DNA of 64,000 nt from Capsulimonadaceae bacterium. Lineage in GTDB: Bacteria; Armatimonadota; Armatimonadia; Armatimonadales; Capsulimonadaceae. The stretch covers positions 4,096,001 to 4,160,000 of the forward strand of contig OZ244065.1 in assembly GCA_965215505.1 (NCBI GenBank), in the 5' to 3' direction. This document shows positions 1 through 9,117 of this stretch, piece after piece (position 1 is the stretch's first letter; the number at the start of each line of letters is the position of its first letter). The position numbers and the translations under genes were made by a program. The notes below the pieces were generated by a model, which saw only the letters and a program-made list of their open reading frames with translations, searched no databases and was not told where the DNA came from.

Positions 1-161
1 CCCGAACTCGCGCCGCCCGCCGAATCGGCCGGGGCGGGCCGCCGCGTCATGTCGTCCTGGGCCGCGCCGCGCTGGGGCAGGCCGAGGCCTACGCTGGAGA
101 CGGCGAGGAAGGCGGAGGCGGCGAGCAGGGAACGGGGCGAGAGGAAGCGAGAGTGCTGCAT
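1..161 (-). CDS. Secreted protein, N-terminal part only (runs off the window)
   Basis: Manual translation from ATG at 161: MQHSRFLSPRSLLAASAFLAVSSVGLGLPQRGAAQDD..., a signal-peptide-like start; frame open to the window edge. Confidence 0.6.
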   Translation of the reverse strand, partial: MQHSRFLSPRSLLAASAFLAVSSVGLGLPQRGAAQDDMTRRPAPADSAGGASS

Positions 162-331
162 GGTTGGTCCTAAGATGAGTTCTGAGATAGGTCCTGCGAG
201 GGAGTTGGGGCCGGTGACGGGGTCAGAAGACGGCAATGACACCAGTATACATCATTTTTGCGCGAATCCGCCCGCGTCCGGCGCGTGGCCGGCAGGATTT
301 TCCCGTCAGGACGCCGAAAGGCTGTGTCACT

Positions 332-754
332 ATGTCGGCAACACTCCCCCTGAACGAACCCCAGACCGGAACCCTGCGCGCCGCCGTGGACCGCATTCTG
401 CCCGCCGACGCCGCGCCGGGCGGCTGGGAGGCGGGGGTGGGCGACTACTTCGCACTCCTTCTATCGCGCGAACCCCGGTTTTTGTTCCCCACCCGTCAGG
501 GACTGGACGCGCTGGACGCCGAGGCGCTGGCGACCGAAGGCTCCCCGTTCGCCGCCCTCGCGCCGGACGCCCAGGACGCCCTGCTGGCGCGCGTCGAGGC
601 CGGGGACGTGCGGGCGGCCTGGCCCCTGCCCGCCGCCGACTTCTTCCGCCGCCTGGTTTCCCAGGCGATGGAGGGCTACTACGCCGACCCCGGCAACGGC
701 GGCAACAGAGGGGAAGCGTCGTGGAAGATGATCGGCTTCCGGGTGACGGCGTGA
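332..754 (+). CDS. Gluconate 2-dehydrogenase subunit 3 family protein
   Basis: VDRILPAD...EGYYADPGNGGNRGEASWKMIGF motifs; lies upstream of a GMC oxidoreductase; ATG at 332 is in the 236..754 frame. Confidence 0.85.
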   Translation: MSATLPLNEPQTGTLRAAVDRILPADAAPGGWEAGVGDYFALLLSREPRFLFPTRQGLDALDAEALATEGSPFAALAPDAQDALLARVEAGDVRAAWPLPAADFFRRLVSQAMEGYYADPGNGGNRGEASWKMIGFRVTA

Positions 755-768
755 GGCATCAGAGGGAA

Positions 769-933
769 GCCGGGCCGGAACGAGTGATTGAAATCACTCG
801 CTGCCGCCGGATTTGTCCAGGGGACAAGGGAGCGGAATGATGCCGAACATTCGTCTGTCCCTGGCCTGCCTTCTTCTGTCCCCTGGACAGGTCCCCTTCA
901 GCGAGTGATTTCAATCACTCGTTCCGGCCCGGC
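769..933. repeat. REPIN-like element, family B (perfect 35-bp terminal inverted repeat)
   Basis: gccgggccggaacgagtgattgaaatcactcgctg (769-803) is the exact reverse complement of 899-933; each arm is itself a hairpin. Confidence 0.85.
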
Positions 934-961
934 CCCTCAGTCGCGTACAGGATGTAACTCC

Positions 962-2614
962 ATGACACAACCACACTACGACGCCATCATCATCGGGGCC
1001 GGGGCGGGCGGCGGCGTCGCCGCCGGGCTGCTGGCCGAGGCCGGCAAGCGCGTCCTGCTCCTGGAGCGGGGCCGCCGGCTCTCGTTCGCCGAGGTGGGCC
1101 GCGACCACCTGCGGAACCAGCGCCTGCCGCAGTACGGGTTCAATGCCGGGCCGGACCCGCTCGGCAACCCGCGCGTTGTCGTCTCCTCCGAGGGGGAAGC
1201 TTTTACCGTCAACCCGATTGACGGCGGGTATCAGGCGAACGCCGCCTGCGTCGGCAGCGGGACGCGGGTCTATGGGTCGCAGGCTTGGCGGTTCCTGCCG
1301 GACGACTTCCGCATGGCCTCCAAGTACGGCGTCCCCCCCGGCAGCAGCCTGGCCGACTGGCCGATCACTTACGAAGACCTCGCGCCGGACTACGAGCGCG
1401 CCGAGTGGGAGATGGGCGTCTCGGGCGACGAGGCGACGGCGGGCAAGGGTCGCCCGCGCCACCGGCCCTACCCCATGCCGCCTCTGCCGATGAACATGCA
1501 GGGGCGGGCCTTGCGGGCGGGCGCGGCGGCGCTGGGGTGGGGGACCGAGCGCGTGCCCCTTCTCATCAACAGCGTCCCCAATCTGGGCCGGGACGCCTGC
1601 GTCCACTGCCAGCACTGCGTCGGCTTCGCCTGCCCGACCGACGCCAAGAACGGCACCCAGAACACGATGATCCCGCGCGCCCTGGCCTCGGGCAACTGCA
1701 CCCTGGAAACCGAGGCGATGGCCGAGCGCATTGACACCGATGGGGCGGGCCGCGTCGCCGGCGTCACTTACTGGACCAAGGAGGGCCTGCACGTCACGGC
1801 CACGAGCGAGGTCGTCGTCGTCTCGGGCGGCGCGGTCGAATCGGCCCGGCTGCTGCTCAACTCCAAGTCTTCCGTCCACCCCGACGGCCTGGGCAACGCG
1901 CACGACCAGGTCGGGCGCAGTTTGCAGGGGCACTACTACGCCGGGGCGGTGGGCTGGATGCCGGACCCGATCTGGGACGGCATCGGGCCGGGCGCGACCA
2001 CGGCCACCATCGAGTGGAGCCACGACAACGTGGACGAAAAGGGCGAGCGGATCATCGGTGGCGGGATGCTGGCCGACGACTTCATCTGCCTGCCCCTCAG
2101 CGTCCTGAAGGGCCGCGTCCCCGTCGAGGTCCCGCGCTGGGGCCTGGCCCACAAGGAGTGGATGCGCCGTCACTACACGCGGATGCTGCTCATCACCGGC
2201 CCCGTCCAGGAGATCCCCAGCCCCGAAGGCCGCGTGTCCGTGGACCCGGACGTGTGCGACCGCTGGGGCCTGCCCGTCGCCCGGATGTCCGGCACGACCC
2301 ACCCGGAAACCCTCCGCACCTACGACTTCATGCGGCTGCGCGCCGAGGAGTGGGCGCGCGCCTGCGGGGCCGAGGACACCCGGAGCCACGCCAACGCCCT
2401 CACCCTGAGCGGCGGCCAGCACCAGGCGGGGACCTGCCGCATGGGCGACGACCCGCAAACGTCAGTCACCGACAAGCATGGCCGCGTCCACGGCCACGAC
2501 AACCTCTACATCGCCGACGGCTCCCTGCACGTCACGAACGGCGGCTTCAACCCCGTCCTGACGATCCTCGCGCTTTCCTTTCGCGTCGCCGGGCATCTGG
2601 TGAGGTCTTGGTAG
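962..2614 (+). CDS. GMC family oxidoreductase (FAD-dependent)
   Basis: DAIIIGAGAGGG FAD motif, CxxCxxC...CP cluster, HQAGTCRMG, NPVLTILAL. Confidence 0.92.
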   Translation: MTQPHYDAIIIGAGAGGGVAAGLLAEAGKRVLLLERGRRLSFAEVGRDHLRNQRLPQYGFNAGPDPLGNPRVVVSSEGEAFTVNPIDGGYQANAACVGSGTRVYGSQAWRFLPDDFRMASKYGVPPGSSLADWPITYEDLAPDYERAEWEMGVSGDEATAGKGRPRHRPYPMPPLPMNMQGRALRAGAAALGWGTERVPLLINSVPNLGRDACVHCQHCVGFACPTDAKNGTQNTMIPRALASGNCTLETEAMAERIDTDGAGRVAGVTYWTKEGLHVTATSEVVVVSGGAVESARLLLNSKSSVHPDGLGNAHDQVGRSLQGHYYAGAVGWMPDPIWDGIGPGATTATIEWSHDNVDEKGERIIGGGMLADDFICLPLSVLKGRVPVEVPRWGLAHKEWMRRHYTRMLLITGPVQEIPSPEGRVSVDPDVCDRWGLPVARMSGTTHPETLRTYDFMRLRAEEWARACGAEDTRSHANALTLSGGQHQAGTCRMGDDPQTSVTDKHGRVHGHDNLYIADGSLHVTNGGFNPVLTILALSFRVAGHLVRSW

Positions 2615-4109
2615 GCGCGCGCTCCCACGCCTTGCCGCCGCAGTTCACGGAGCATCGGGCGATCTCTGCTTTCAGCTCGTCCCCGCCGACGATGCCGCTG
2701 CCGAAACCGAGCCGCTCGCCGCGCCCCACGACGACCCCGCCGCCTTCCGATGTCAGGAAGTAGTCTTCCACCTGTGCCCAGGATAACCGACGCCGGCCCA
2801 GCGGCGTGATGCGGGTCAGGCCGTTCTCATCCGTTTCAATGCGGCAGACGCGGTAGGTGTGCAAGCAGGCGAGGTACACCAGCCCGAAGAAAAACGCCGC
2901 GCAGGCCTGCCCCGTTATCTGCGTTCCTGGTATCAGCCCCTGCCACGTCGCCCAACAGCCGAAAATAATCGTCAGGCAGATGCCGAGCGGCAGCCCCAGC
3001 AGCGCCCGGTGCATGCGTGTCCGGTAATGGTACACGCGCGCCCCTTCCCCGACCCGCCCGCCACTCCAGCGCGCCGCCTCGCCGCCCAATACCTCCGGGT
3101 CAACATCCGCCCGCCATTCCTTATCCTCAGCGTTCGCGGCGTAGCGCTGGATGACTGCCTTCAGGAGCGTCGCGCCGCTCAAGACAGCGAGAAAGTCAAA
3201 CCTGCCCTGCCGCGTTTCCACAACGTAGCGGATGGTCAGCGCGCCCGGCCCGCGAACGACCTGGTAGCCGGTTACATCTGACCATGCCGCCTCCACCCGC
3301 CGCGCCCCGTCTTCAAAGACTATCTGGTTTGTGTCCGCCGTGATGCGCTCCGCCTTGCGCCGCGCCGCCGCGCGGTACTGGGCGAACACCACCAGGAGCG
3401 GCCCTGCGTACAGGAAAGGGATGATCAGGTAGGGCGCGAAGAGGGCCAGCTTCATCGGCCAGCCCACAAACCCGCCCAGCCCCGCCGCCTGCTGCAACGG
3501 CTTGGCAAAGACGTAGATGAAGCCGGTCAAAACCAGCTTCAAGAGGATGCGCGGCGTCCAGACGTTCTGCCAGGTGTCATACCGGAAGACGCGCGGCCAT
3601 GCATCACAGGGGCGCGTGCCGAGCAAGTCCCATCGGCTGACGGCGGCACCCGTCGCACGGCGCGTGACTTGCTCCCGGAGCGAGTCTACCTGCGTCCACT
3701 GCCTGCTGAATGAGACTGCCCCGGATGGCGTTCTAATGACTGCCCGCAGCGAGTCCCGTCCCGCCTGCACCGGAAGGCGGTCGTAATAGTCCTGGACCTC
3801 CTCCCAGGGCGCCGCCTTCCAGCCGAACCCCCCGTGCCAGCGCAGGCCGCGCACATCCGCTTCAATGCGGGCGTTCAGCGTCCACCACGTCAGCCACGCC
3901 GCCGTGAGGAAGGAGCCGAGAGAGGTGGTGCCGAAGAAGGCTGCTTCCAAAACCGGGTGCAGGGGTGGCGGGTTGGAAGGGAGGGTCGCGCCCAGCCCAG
4001 CCATGATGGCAAAAAGCACGGCCATGCCGACCATTAGCCACCACTCGGCGGCAGGGCGGCAGGAAACAGTTCCAGCGGGATTGAAAGCGTCGGGCGCGTC
4101 GGTCGGCAT
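2547..4109 (-). CDS. Membrane protein with three repeated TM-hairpin plus PH-like segments
   Basis: Repeated units such as RIEADVRGLRW...WEEVQDY, ITADTNQIV...WSDVTGY and IETDENGL...WAQVEDY, each after hydrophobic helices; start uncertain (4109 or 4205). Confidence 0.65.
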   Translation of the reverse strand: MPTDAPDAFNPAGTVSCRPAAEWWLMVGMAVLFAIMAGLGATLPSNPPPLHPVLEAAFFGTTSLGSFLTAAWLTWWTLNARIEADVRGLRWHGGFGWKAAPWEEVQDYYDRLPVQAGRDSLRAVIRTPSGAVSFSRQWTQVDSLREQVTRRATGAAVSRWDLLGTRPCDAWPRVFRYDTWQNVWTPRILLKLVLTGFIYVFAKPLQQAAGLGGFVGWPMKLALFAPYLIIPFLYAGPLLVVFAQYRAAARRKAERITADTNQIVFEDGARRVEAAWSDVTGYQVVRGPGALTIRYVVETRQGRFDFLAVLSGATLLKAVIQRYAANAEDKEWRADVDPEVLGGEAARWSGGRVGEGARVYHYRTRMHRALLGLPLGICLTIIFGCWATWQGLIPGTQITGQACAAFFFGLVYLACLHTYRVCRIETDENGLTRITPLGRRRLSWAQVEDYFLTSEGGGVVVGRGERLGFGSGIVGGDELKAEIARCSVNCGGKAWERAPTKTSPDARRRERKARGSSGRG

Positions 4110-4290
4110 GGGATGATTGACACGCGGGGCGGTGGAAAGTTGCGACGGGGCGGGGATGGGCAGAAGGAATACCACGGGTTTCAACCCGTAGATCTCTTGC
4201 GTCACCTATGGGGAAAGTGCTACAGCAGAAAGAGACAGCCTGCTGAGGGGCTGTCTCTTCCAACTTGGACAGGAAGGAGGTGCATCTCCA

Positions 4291-4420
4291 ATGTCCAGAA
4301 ATGTGCGACAGGCCATTCTACGGGTCCGATCTACGGGTCCGACCCATCGCGCAGGTTATCGCGGCGATATTCTCGATTATCGCTGCGATTCTTCGGACCG
4401 CTAAAAGCCCCGGCTTCTAG
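4291..4420 (+). other. Small hydrophobic peptide ORF, candidate type I toxin, carrying a 13-bp duplication
   Basis: SD aaggaggtg at 4274-4282, ATG 4291; tctacgggtccga duplicated at 4317-4342; hydrophobic frame PIAQVIAAIFSIIAAILRTAKSPGF ends at TAG 4418-4420. Confidence 0.55.
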
Positions 4421-4430
4421 TCTCCGGTGA

Positions 4431-4468
4431 GAAGAAGGGGATCGCTGCCAGGCGGTTCCCTCTTTTTG
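4431..4468. terminator. Bidirectional intrinsic terminator-like hairpin
   Basis: gaagaaggggatcgctgccaggcggttccctctttttg: stem-loop with a T run on + and a purine run on the other side. Confidence 0.6.
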
Positions 4469-4677
4469 CTGTGTGAGATGCGGGGAGGGCCAGCCCTACA
4501 TCCACAGCAGCAAAGTGTTTGCTGTATGTCACGCAGCGTGACACAGCTAGTTTGACACCTGAGCGCCCGATTGTCAATAGCCCGGCGACAGATGCGGTAG
4601 CGTATCATCGGCTGTTATTCTGATTTTAATCAACCCACCGTACATGACAAAAGAAGAGGACGCGATGAATTTGGAAA

Positions 4678-4728
4678 GGGCGCGATGAATCGTGCCCCTA
4701 CGCCGTAGGGGCGAACCTTGTGTTCGCC
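4678..4728. repeat. GTAG-type REP pair, family A
   Basis: gggcgcgatgaatcgtgcccctac (4678-4701) and gtaggggcgaaccttgtgttcgcc (4705-4728). Confidence 0.8.
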
Positions 4729-4775
4729 TTTCGTAACGTGTTCGCCTTTCTCGCCTTTTCCGCCCCTCTAATGCA

Positions 4776-5915
4776 TTAATGCATTGCTGTCGCCCCGCCC
4801 GCCCCATCGCGGCTCAGATAGACGCGGCTGTAGTTCCACTCGTAGAATTTGCCGTCGAAGGCCGAGGCGGGCAAAGTGTGGTTGACGCTGCCGACCTGGG
4901 TGTGGCCCCAGCCGCCGTCGAACAGGAAGACCAGGTCAATGGGTTCGTCCCCGGCCTTGTTGCCGTAGGTCCAGAAGTAGTTCGCGCCGTGCTGGACAAG
5001 CACCCCGTCCACATACATGGCGAAGGTGTCGTCTTTCTTATACAGCCAGGTCCAGACGTGGTACTGGGAGGCGTCAAAAGGCTTGACGCCCTGGGCGGCC
5101 ATCGTCTTGCCCCAGTCGCCGTACTCCACGGCGTCTTTGGCCGGGGTGGCGACGGAGTTTGAGTGCCAGAAGCGGCCGTCGTAGTTCGTGTTCCCGCCGC
5201 CGTTGTCGTAGCCGAAGCTCTCGACGAGGTCCTGCTCGGCCCCCTGCGCCCCCTTGTCCCAGGCCCACTTGTTGCCCGCCGTCCAGATGGCGAACCAGAA
5301 GTAAGGCGGGGGACTGTAGCGGACGCGCGTCTCCCAGACGACATCCCGGCCCAGCAGGGACCCGGCGCGCGCCAGATTCCACTTCGCCATGAACGAGCCG
5401 TCGCCGGCGTTGTGCAGTTTCGGGTCCACGGTCGTCGCCCCGTTTAAAGGGGTGAGGAAGGTCTTCAGCGAGTCTGCCGTGAACTGACGCACGGGCGGGC
5501 TGTTGACCCCCTCGACCGGCTGGTGGAAGAGCGCGTCGGCGGCGTCGGGGGCGACCGTGACCGCCCCATAGTTGGTGCCGTTGCCGATGGTGCCGAACTG
5601 GTCGTGGTAGAAGAAGTTCGCGCTCATGTCGGCATAGTTCTTGACCGTGCCGTCCGCGCCGAAGTGCCAGTTCTTGACCAGCACCATGCCCGGCCCGCCG
5701 ATCCCGAAGGACGGGCCAGGCCCGGTGGCGGGGTCGGCGACGGTCCCGCCGCCGATGGTTTCCGGCACCTTGGCGGCAGGCGTTTTGACCGCCGGCTTCG
5801 TCTTCGCGGCTTTGGCCGTATGCGCCTTCGTCTTCGCAGCCTGGGTCTGAGGCGTGATGCCGAGAAGGAGCCCGGCGGCTCCGAGGAAAAGGGGGGCTAT
5901 TTTGGCGGCTTGCAT
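4776..5915 (-). CDS. Secreted GH16-like glycoside hydrolase (beta-jelly-roll fold)
   Basis: Signal peptide, Lys/Ala-rich linker, WFAIWT...EQDLVE matching the ExDxxE catalytic motif, YHVW and MYVDG strands. Confidence 0.65.
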   Translation of the reverse strand: MQAAKIAPLFLGAAGLLLGITPQTQAAKTKAHTAKAAKTKPAVKTPAAKVPETIGGGTVADPATGPGPSFGIGGPGMVLVKNWHFGADGTVKNYADMSANFFYHDQFGTIGNGTNYGAVTVAPDAADALFHQPVEGVNSPPVRQFTADSLKTFLTPLNGATTVDPKLHNAGDGSFMAKWNLARAGSLLGRDVVWETRVRYSPPPYFWFAIWTAGNKWAWDKGAQGAEQDLVESFGYDNGGGNTNYDGRFWHSNSVATPAKDAVEYGDWGKTMAAQGVKPFDASQYHVWTWLYKKDDTFAMYVDGVLVQHGANYFWTYGNKAGDEPIDLVFLFDGGWGHTQVGSVNHTLPASAFDGKFYEWNYSRVYLSRDGAGGATAMH

Positions 5916-6058
5916 TGTCTTACTCCGGTGACGATCGCTGCGCCGTCTTTTTGACAGCGTGGCGCGACAATCATAGCACGGAACGGCGGGGGCGTCAAGG
6001 CGGAAGCCAGCAACCTTTCGGCCCCCGCCGTGTCATAATGAAGCGGGGAGGGTGACTC

Positions 6059-7054
6059 GTGGACATCTACTTACAAGACTTAGGGCATCGGCGGCAGGCG
6101 GTGCTGCTGCAACGGCGGTATCTATCGCTGGGAACCCTTCCCACGGGGCAGCAGTCCGCCGGGATCGCGCTCGCGACCACGCAGGCAGCGGCGGCGAGGA
6201 AAGTCCCCCCACTCGGCCGGTTGGGCCGGTTCTGGGCGCGGGGCGCGGATACTCCGCCCGAAGTCGCGGCGGCATTCCTGGACTTGGTCCGCAGACCGGC
6301 CCGAGGCTTTGTCATCGGCAGTATGGTCGTGGGGTCTCTGTACGGTGGGGTAACTGCCGTCGGCCTCATCACCTCTGGAGAGTATGCGTTCGGAGCGGTG
6401 ATAGCCGGCCTTGGGGCAGTGATGAGTGGGACCGGCCTGTGGGTGCCGGGCTATTGGCTGCGGCGCGTCTGCCGCCCGCCGGTATCCGCCGCCGAGGTCG
6501 AGGCGCTGCGCGATTCTACAACGGACGAACTGGAACTGGCCTACCTGCGGCTCGTCATGGACGCCATGAAGCAAGGCGTCGCGCCCGACGCGGCGGGCCG
6601 GGTGCGGGCGGCCCTGCGGGCGGTCGGGGACGCCATCGACCTGCTGCCCGCCGTCGCCCTGCCGCGCGCCGGCGTGGATGCCCTGCGTACTGAGGCCGCC
6701 CAGGCGCAGGCGGAGGCGCGGGCCGAAACGGATGCGGTGGTCGCGGCCTCGCACGAGCGCCGGGCGGAGGCCCTGGAACGGTCCGCGTCCGCCGCCCAGC
6801 GGTCCCAGACTCTGATGCGCCGCGCCGCCGCCCTGCGCGGGGAGATGCTGGCCCAGATCGAGTCGCTGCGCCTGGGCCTGGTCGGCTTCGAGACGGCGAG
6901 CGGCGATGTGAGCAGCTTGGCCTCACTGGCGGACGCCGTCCGCACCGTCGCCGAGGAGTCCGTCTCGGTGGCCGACGCCCGCACGGAACTCGACGCCGCG
7001 CTGCCGGGCACGGCGGCTGAAGGGGCGGCTCTGAGGATGGGGTTGGGTGCGTAG
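6059..7054 (+). CDS. Hypothetical membrane protein (2 TM plus long coiled-coil C-terminus)
   Basis: 331-aa ORF with two hydrophobic helices, then an Ala/Glu/Arg-rich helical region. Confidence 0.65.
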   Translation: MDIYLQDLGHRRQAVLLQRRYLSLGTLPTGQQSAGIALATTQAAAARKVPPLGRLGRFWARGADTPPEVAAAFLDLVRRPARGFVIGSMVVGSLYGGVTAVGLITSGEYAFGAVIAGLGAVMSGTGLWVPGYWLRRVCRPPVSAAEVEALRDSTTDELELAYLRLVMDAMKQGVAPDAAGRVRAALRAVGDAIDLLPAVALPRAGVDALRTEAAQAQAEARAETDAVVAASHERRAEALERSASAAQRSQTLMRRAAALRGEMLAQIESLRLGLVGFETASGDVSSLASLADAVRTVAEESVSVADARTELDAALPGTAAEGAALRMGLGA

Positions 7055-7130
7055 GGGCGCGATTCATCGCGCCCTTCTTGCTGTCGGGAAGGCAGGCAGG
7101 ATAGGAGGGCGCGATGAATCGCGCCCCTAC
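7051..7130. repeat. GTAG-type REP doublet (REPIN), family A
   Basis: gtaggggcgcgattcatcgcgccc (7051-7074) and its reverse complement at 7107-7130, between convergent genes. Confidence 0.88.
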
Positions 7131-7131
7131 A

Positions 7132-8295
7132 TCAGACAAACGCGACCATGACCTCGCTTGCCAAAAAGATGCCCTGCGGAGTCAGGCGCAGGGCATTCCC
7201 CGCGACTTCGAGCAGGCCGCGCTTGGTGAAGGTTTCGACCTCGGCGGCGAACTTGACGCGCGGGTCTATGCCGAAGCGCTCCCGGAAGCGGCGGCAGTCC
7301 ACACCTTCTTGGGTCAGGCGCAGGCCGAGCATCATCGTCTCGGCCATCGTCTCCTCCACTGTCAATGTCTCGACAGACAGCATCAGGTCTTCCCCATTCT
7401 CAACAGCCTCGGCGTATTTGGCGGGGGATTTGACGTTCATCCGGCGCGCGCCGTCTAGGTACGCGACGGCCCCGCACCCGAATCCATAATACGAGTCGTT
7501 GCGCCAGTAGTGCAGATTGTGGCGGCTCTCGCGGCCCGGCCGGGCGAAGTTCGCGATCTCATACTGGGCATAGCCAGCCCCCTGGGCGGTCTCGCGGGCC
7601 AGGGCGAACATGTCGGCGGCGAGGTCATCGCTGGGCAGGGGCAGGCGGCCCTTCTGCTGCAAGGTGTAAAAGCCGGTGCCTTCCTCAACGATGAGCGAGT
7701 AGAGCGAGAGATGGTCGGTGTCCAGGGCCAGCGCCTGGTCCAGCGTGTCTCGCCACTGCTTCAAGGTCTGGCGCGGCAGGGCGAACATCAGGTCCAGGGA
7801 GACGTTCTCGAAGCCCGCCGCGCGTGCGGCCTTGACGGCGTTTCGGGCCTCCTCGGCGGAGTGGATGCGGTCCAGGGTCTTCAGCAGGTCGCCGTCAAAA
7901 CTCTGCACACCGAAGGAGATGCGGTTGAAGCCCGCCGCGCGCAGCACTTCCAGGTGCCGCACGTCCATCGTGCCGGGGTTCGCTTCGGTCGTGATCTCGG
8001 CCCCCGGCGTGACCGGCAGCGTCTCCAGGACGGCCCGCAGCAGGGCGGCTTCGTCGGTCGCCGGAATCGCGGTGGGTGTGCCGCCGCCGAAAAAGATCGT
8101 GTCTACTCCGGCTCCCCCGTCGGGTGCAGTTGCGCCAGAATTGGGGGCGGGGGGGGCTGACCTTATCTCCCGCGTCAAGGCCTGGACGTAGCGGGCGACG
8201 GAGCCGTCGGTGTAGCCCGAGTACGAGTTGAAGTCGCAGTAGGCGCACTTGCGGACGCAGAAGGGGATGTGGACATAGCAGCCGATGGCGTTCAT
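7132..8295 (-). CDS. hemW: Radical SAM heme chaperone HemW (HemN-like)
   Basis: YVHIPFCVRKCAYCDF, FFGGGTP, EANPG, YEIANFARPG, HNLHYW motifs. Confidence 0.92.
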   Translation of the reverse strand: MNAIGCYVHIPFCVRKCAYCDFNSYSGYTDGSVARYVQALTREIRSAPPAPNSGATAPDGGAGVDTIFFGGGTPTAIPATDEAALLRAVLETLPVTPGAEITTEANPGTMDVRHLEVLRAAGFNRISFGVQSFDGDLLKTLDRIHSAEEARNAVKAARAAGFENVSLDLMFALPRQTLKQWRDTLDQALALDTDHLSLYSLIVEEGTGFYTLQQKGRLPLPSDDLAADMFALARETAQGAGYAQYEIANFARPGRESRHNLHYWRNDSYYGFGCGAVAYLDGARRMNVKSPAKYAEAVENGEDLMLSVETLTVEETMAETMMLGLRLTQEGVDCRRFRERFGIDPRVKFAAEVETFTKRGLLEVAGNALRLTPQGIFLASEVMVAFV

Positions 8296-8341
8296 GGAGC
8301 CATTGTACCCGGTGGGTGGGCTTGGCGTCTGAGCGCGCCTC

Positions 8342-8371
8342 TTGACGCCGCCTCCCTTCTTCCCTTATACT
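8342..8371 (+). promoter_or_regulatory. Sigma70 promoter, probably giving a leaderless transcript
   Basis: ttgacg-N18-tatact, 6 nt before ATG 8378. Confidence 0.6.
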
Positions 8372-8377
8372 AGGCGC

Positions 8378-9052
8378 ATGACCCTGAAATCCCTCCCGCC
8401 CTGGCTGCCCTATGTGGCCCCGTTCGCCCTGTTCCTCGTGCTGACGACGCTGGAAGGGGCGCTCCACTTACCGCCCTCAACATTCCCCTTCACCTACGCG
8501 GTCAAGATCGCGCTGGTGGGCGGGCTGCTGATCGCGCTGCGCGGCTATTTCCCCGAGGCGCGGCCCGGCGGGGGCGGCTGGGCGGCGGCGACGGCCCTGG
8601 GGCTGGTCCTGTTCTTCCTGTGGATCGCCATTGACAAGCACACCCCCCACTTCGCCTTTCTGGGGGCACGGACCGGCTTCAACCCGAACCGCGAGATCGC
8701 GACGCCTGCGGGGATCGTCTTCTTCCTCTTTGTCCGGTTCCTGGGGCTTGTCGTCATTGCCCCGATCATCGAGGAGCTTTTCTACCGGGGCTTCCTGCTC
8801 CGGTTCGTCACGGACATGGACGACTTCCGGCGCGTGCCGGTGGGGACGTTCTCCGCCCTGGCGCTGGGCGTAAGCGTCGCCCTGTTCGCGCTCTCGCACC
8901 CGGAGTGGCTGGCGGCGGCGGTCTTCGCGCTCGCCCTGTGCCTGCTGCTGCGGTGGACGAAGAACCTGTTCGCCTGCATCCTGGCGCATGGGGTGACGAA
9001 CCTGCTGCTGGGGGTCTACATCCTGCACACGGGCCAGTGGCAGTATTGGTGA
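8378..9052 (+). CDS. CPBP family intramembrane protease (CAAX prenyl protease-related)
   Basis: PIIEELFYRGF, FALSH, AHGVTNLLLG...WQYW. Confidence 0.85.
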   Translation: MTLKSLPPWLPYVAPFALFLVLTTLEGALHLPPSTFPFTYAVKIALVGGLLIALRGYFPEARPGGGGWAAATALGLVLFFLWIAIDKHTPHFAFLGARTGFNPNREIATPAGIVFFLFVRFLGLVVIAPIIEELFYRGFLLRFVTDMDDFRRVPVGTFSALALGVSVALFALSHPEWLAAAVFALALCLLLRWTKNLFACILAHGVTNLLLGVYILHTGQWQYW

Positions 9053-9117
9053 CGCTTGAAGACCAGAAGATTGAAGGCGGCGGGACGGGGGAGCGTCAAA
9101 GGACACGGAGGTACGAA

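Noticed and set aside
788-961. N-terminal extension of the GMC ORF in the ORF track
   Set aside because: It is the translated REPIN; the likely start is ATG 962
2547-2614. 68-nt overlap of convergent gene ends
   Set aside because: Common in high-GC genomes; the overlapping tail is low-complexity and shows no sign of function
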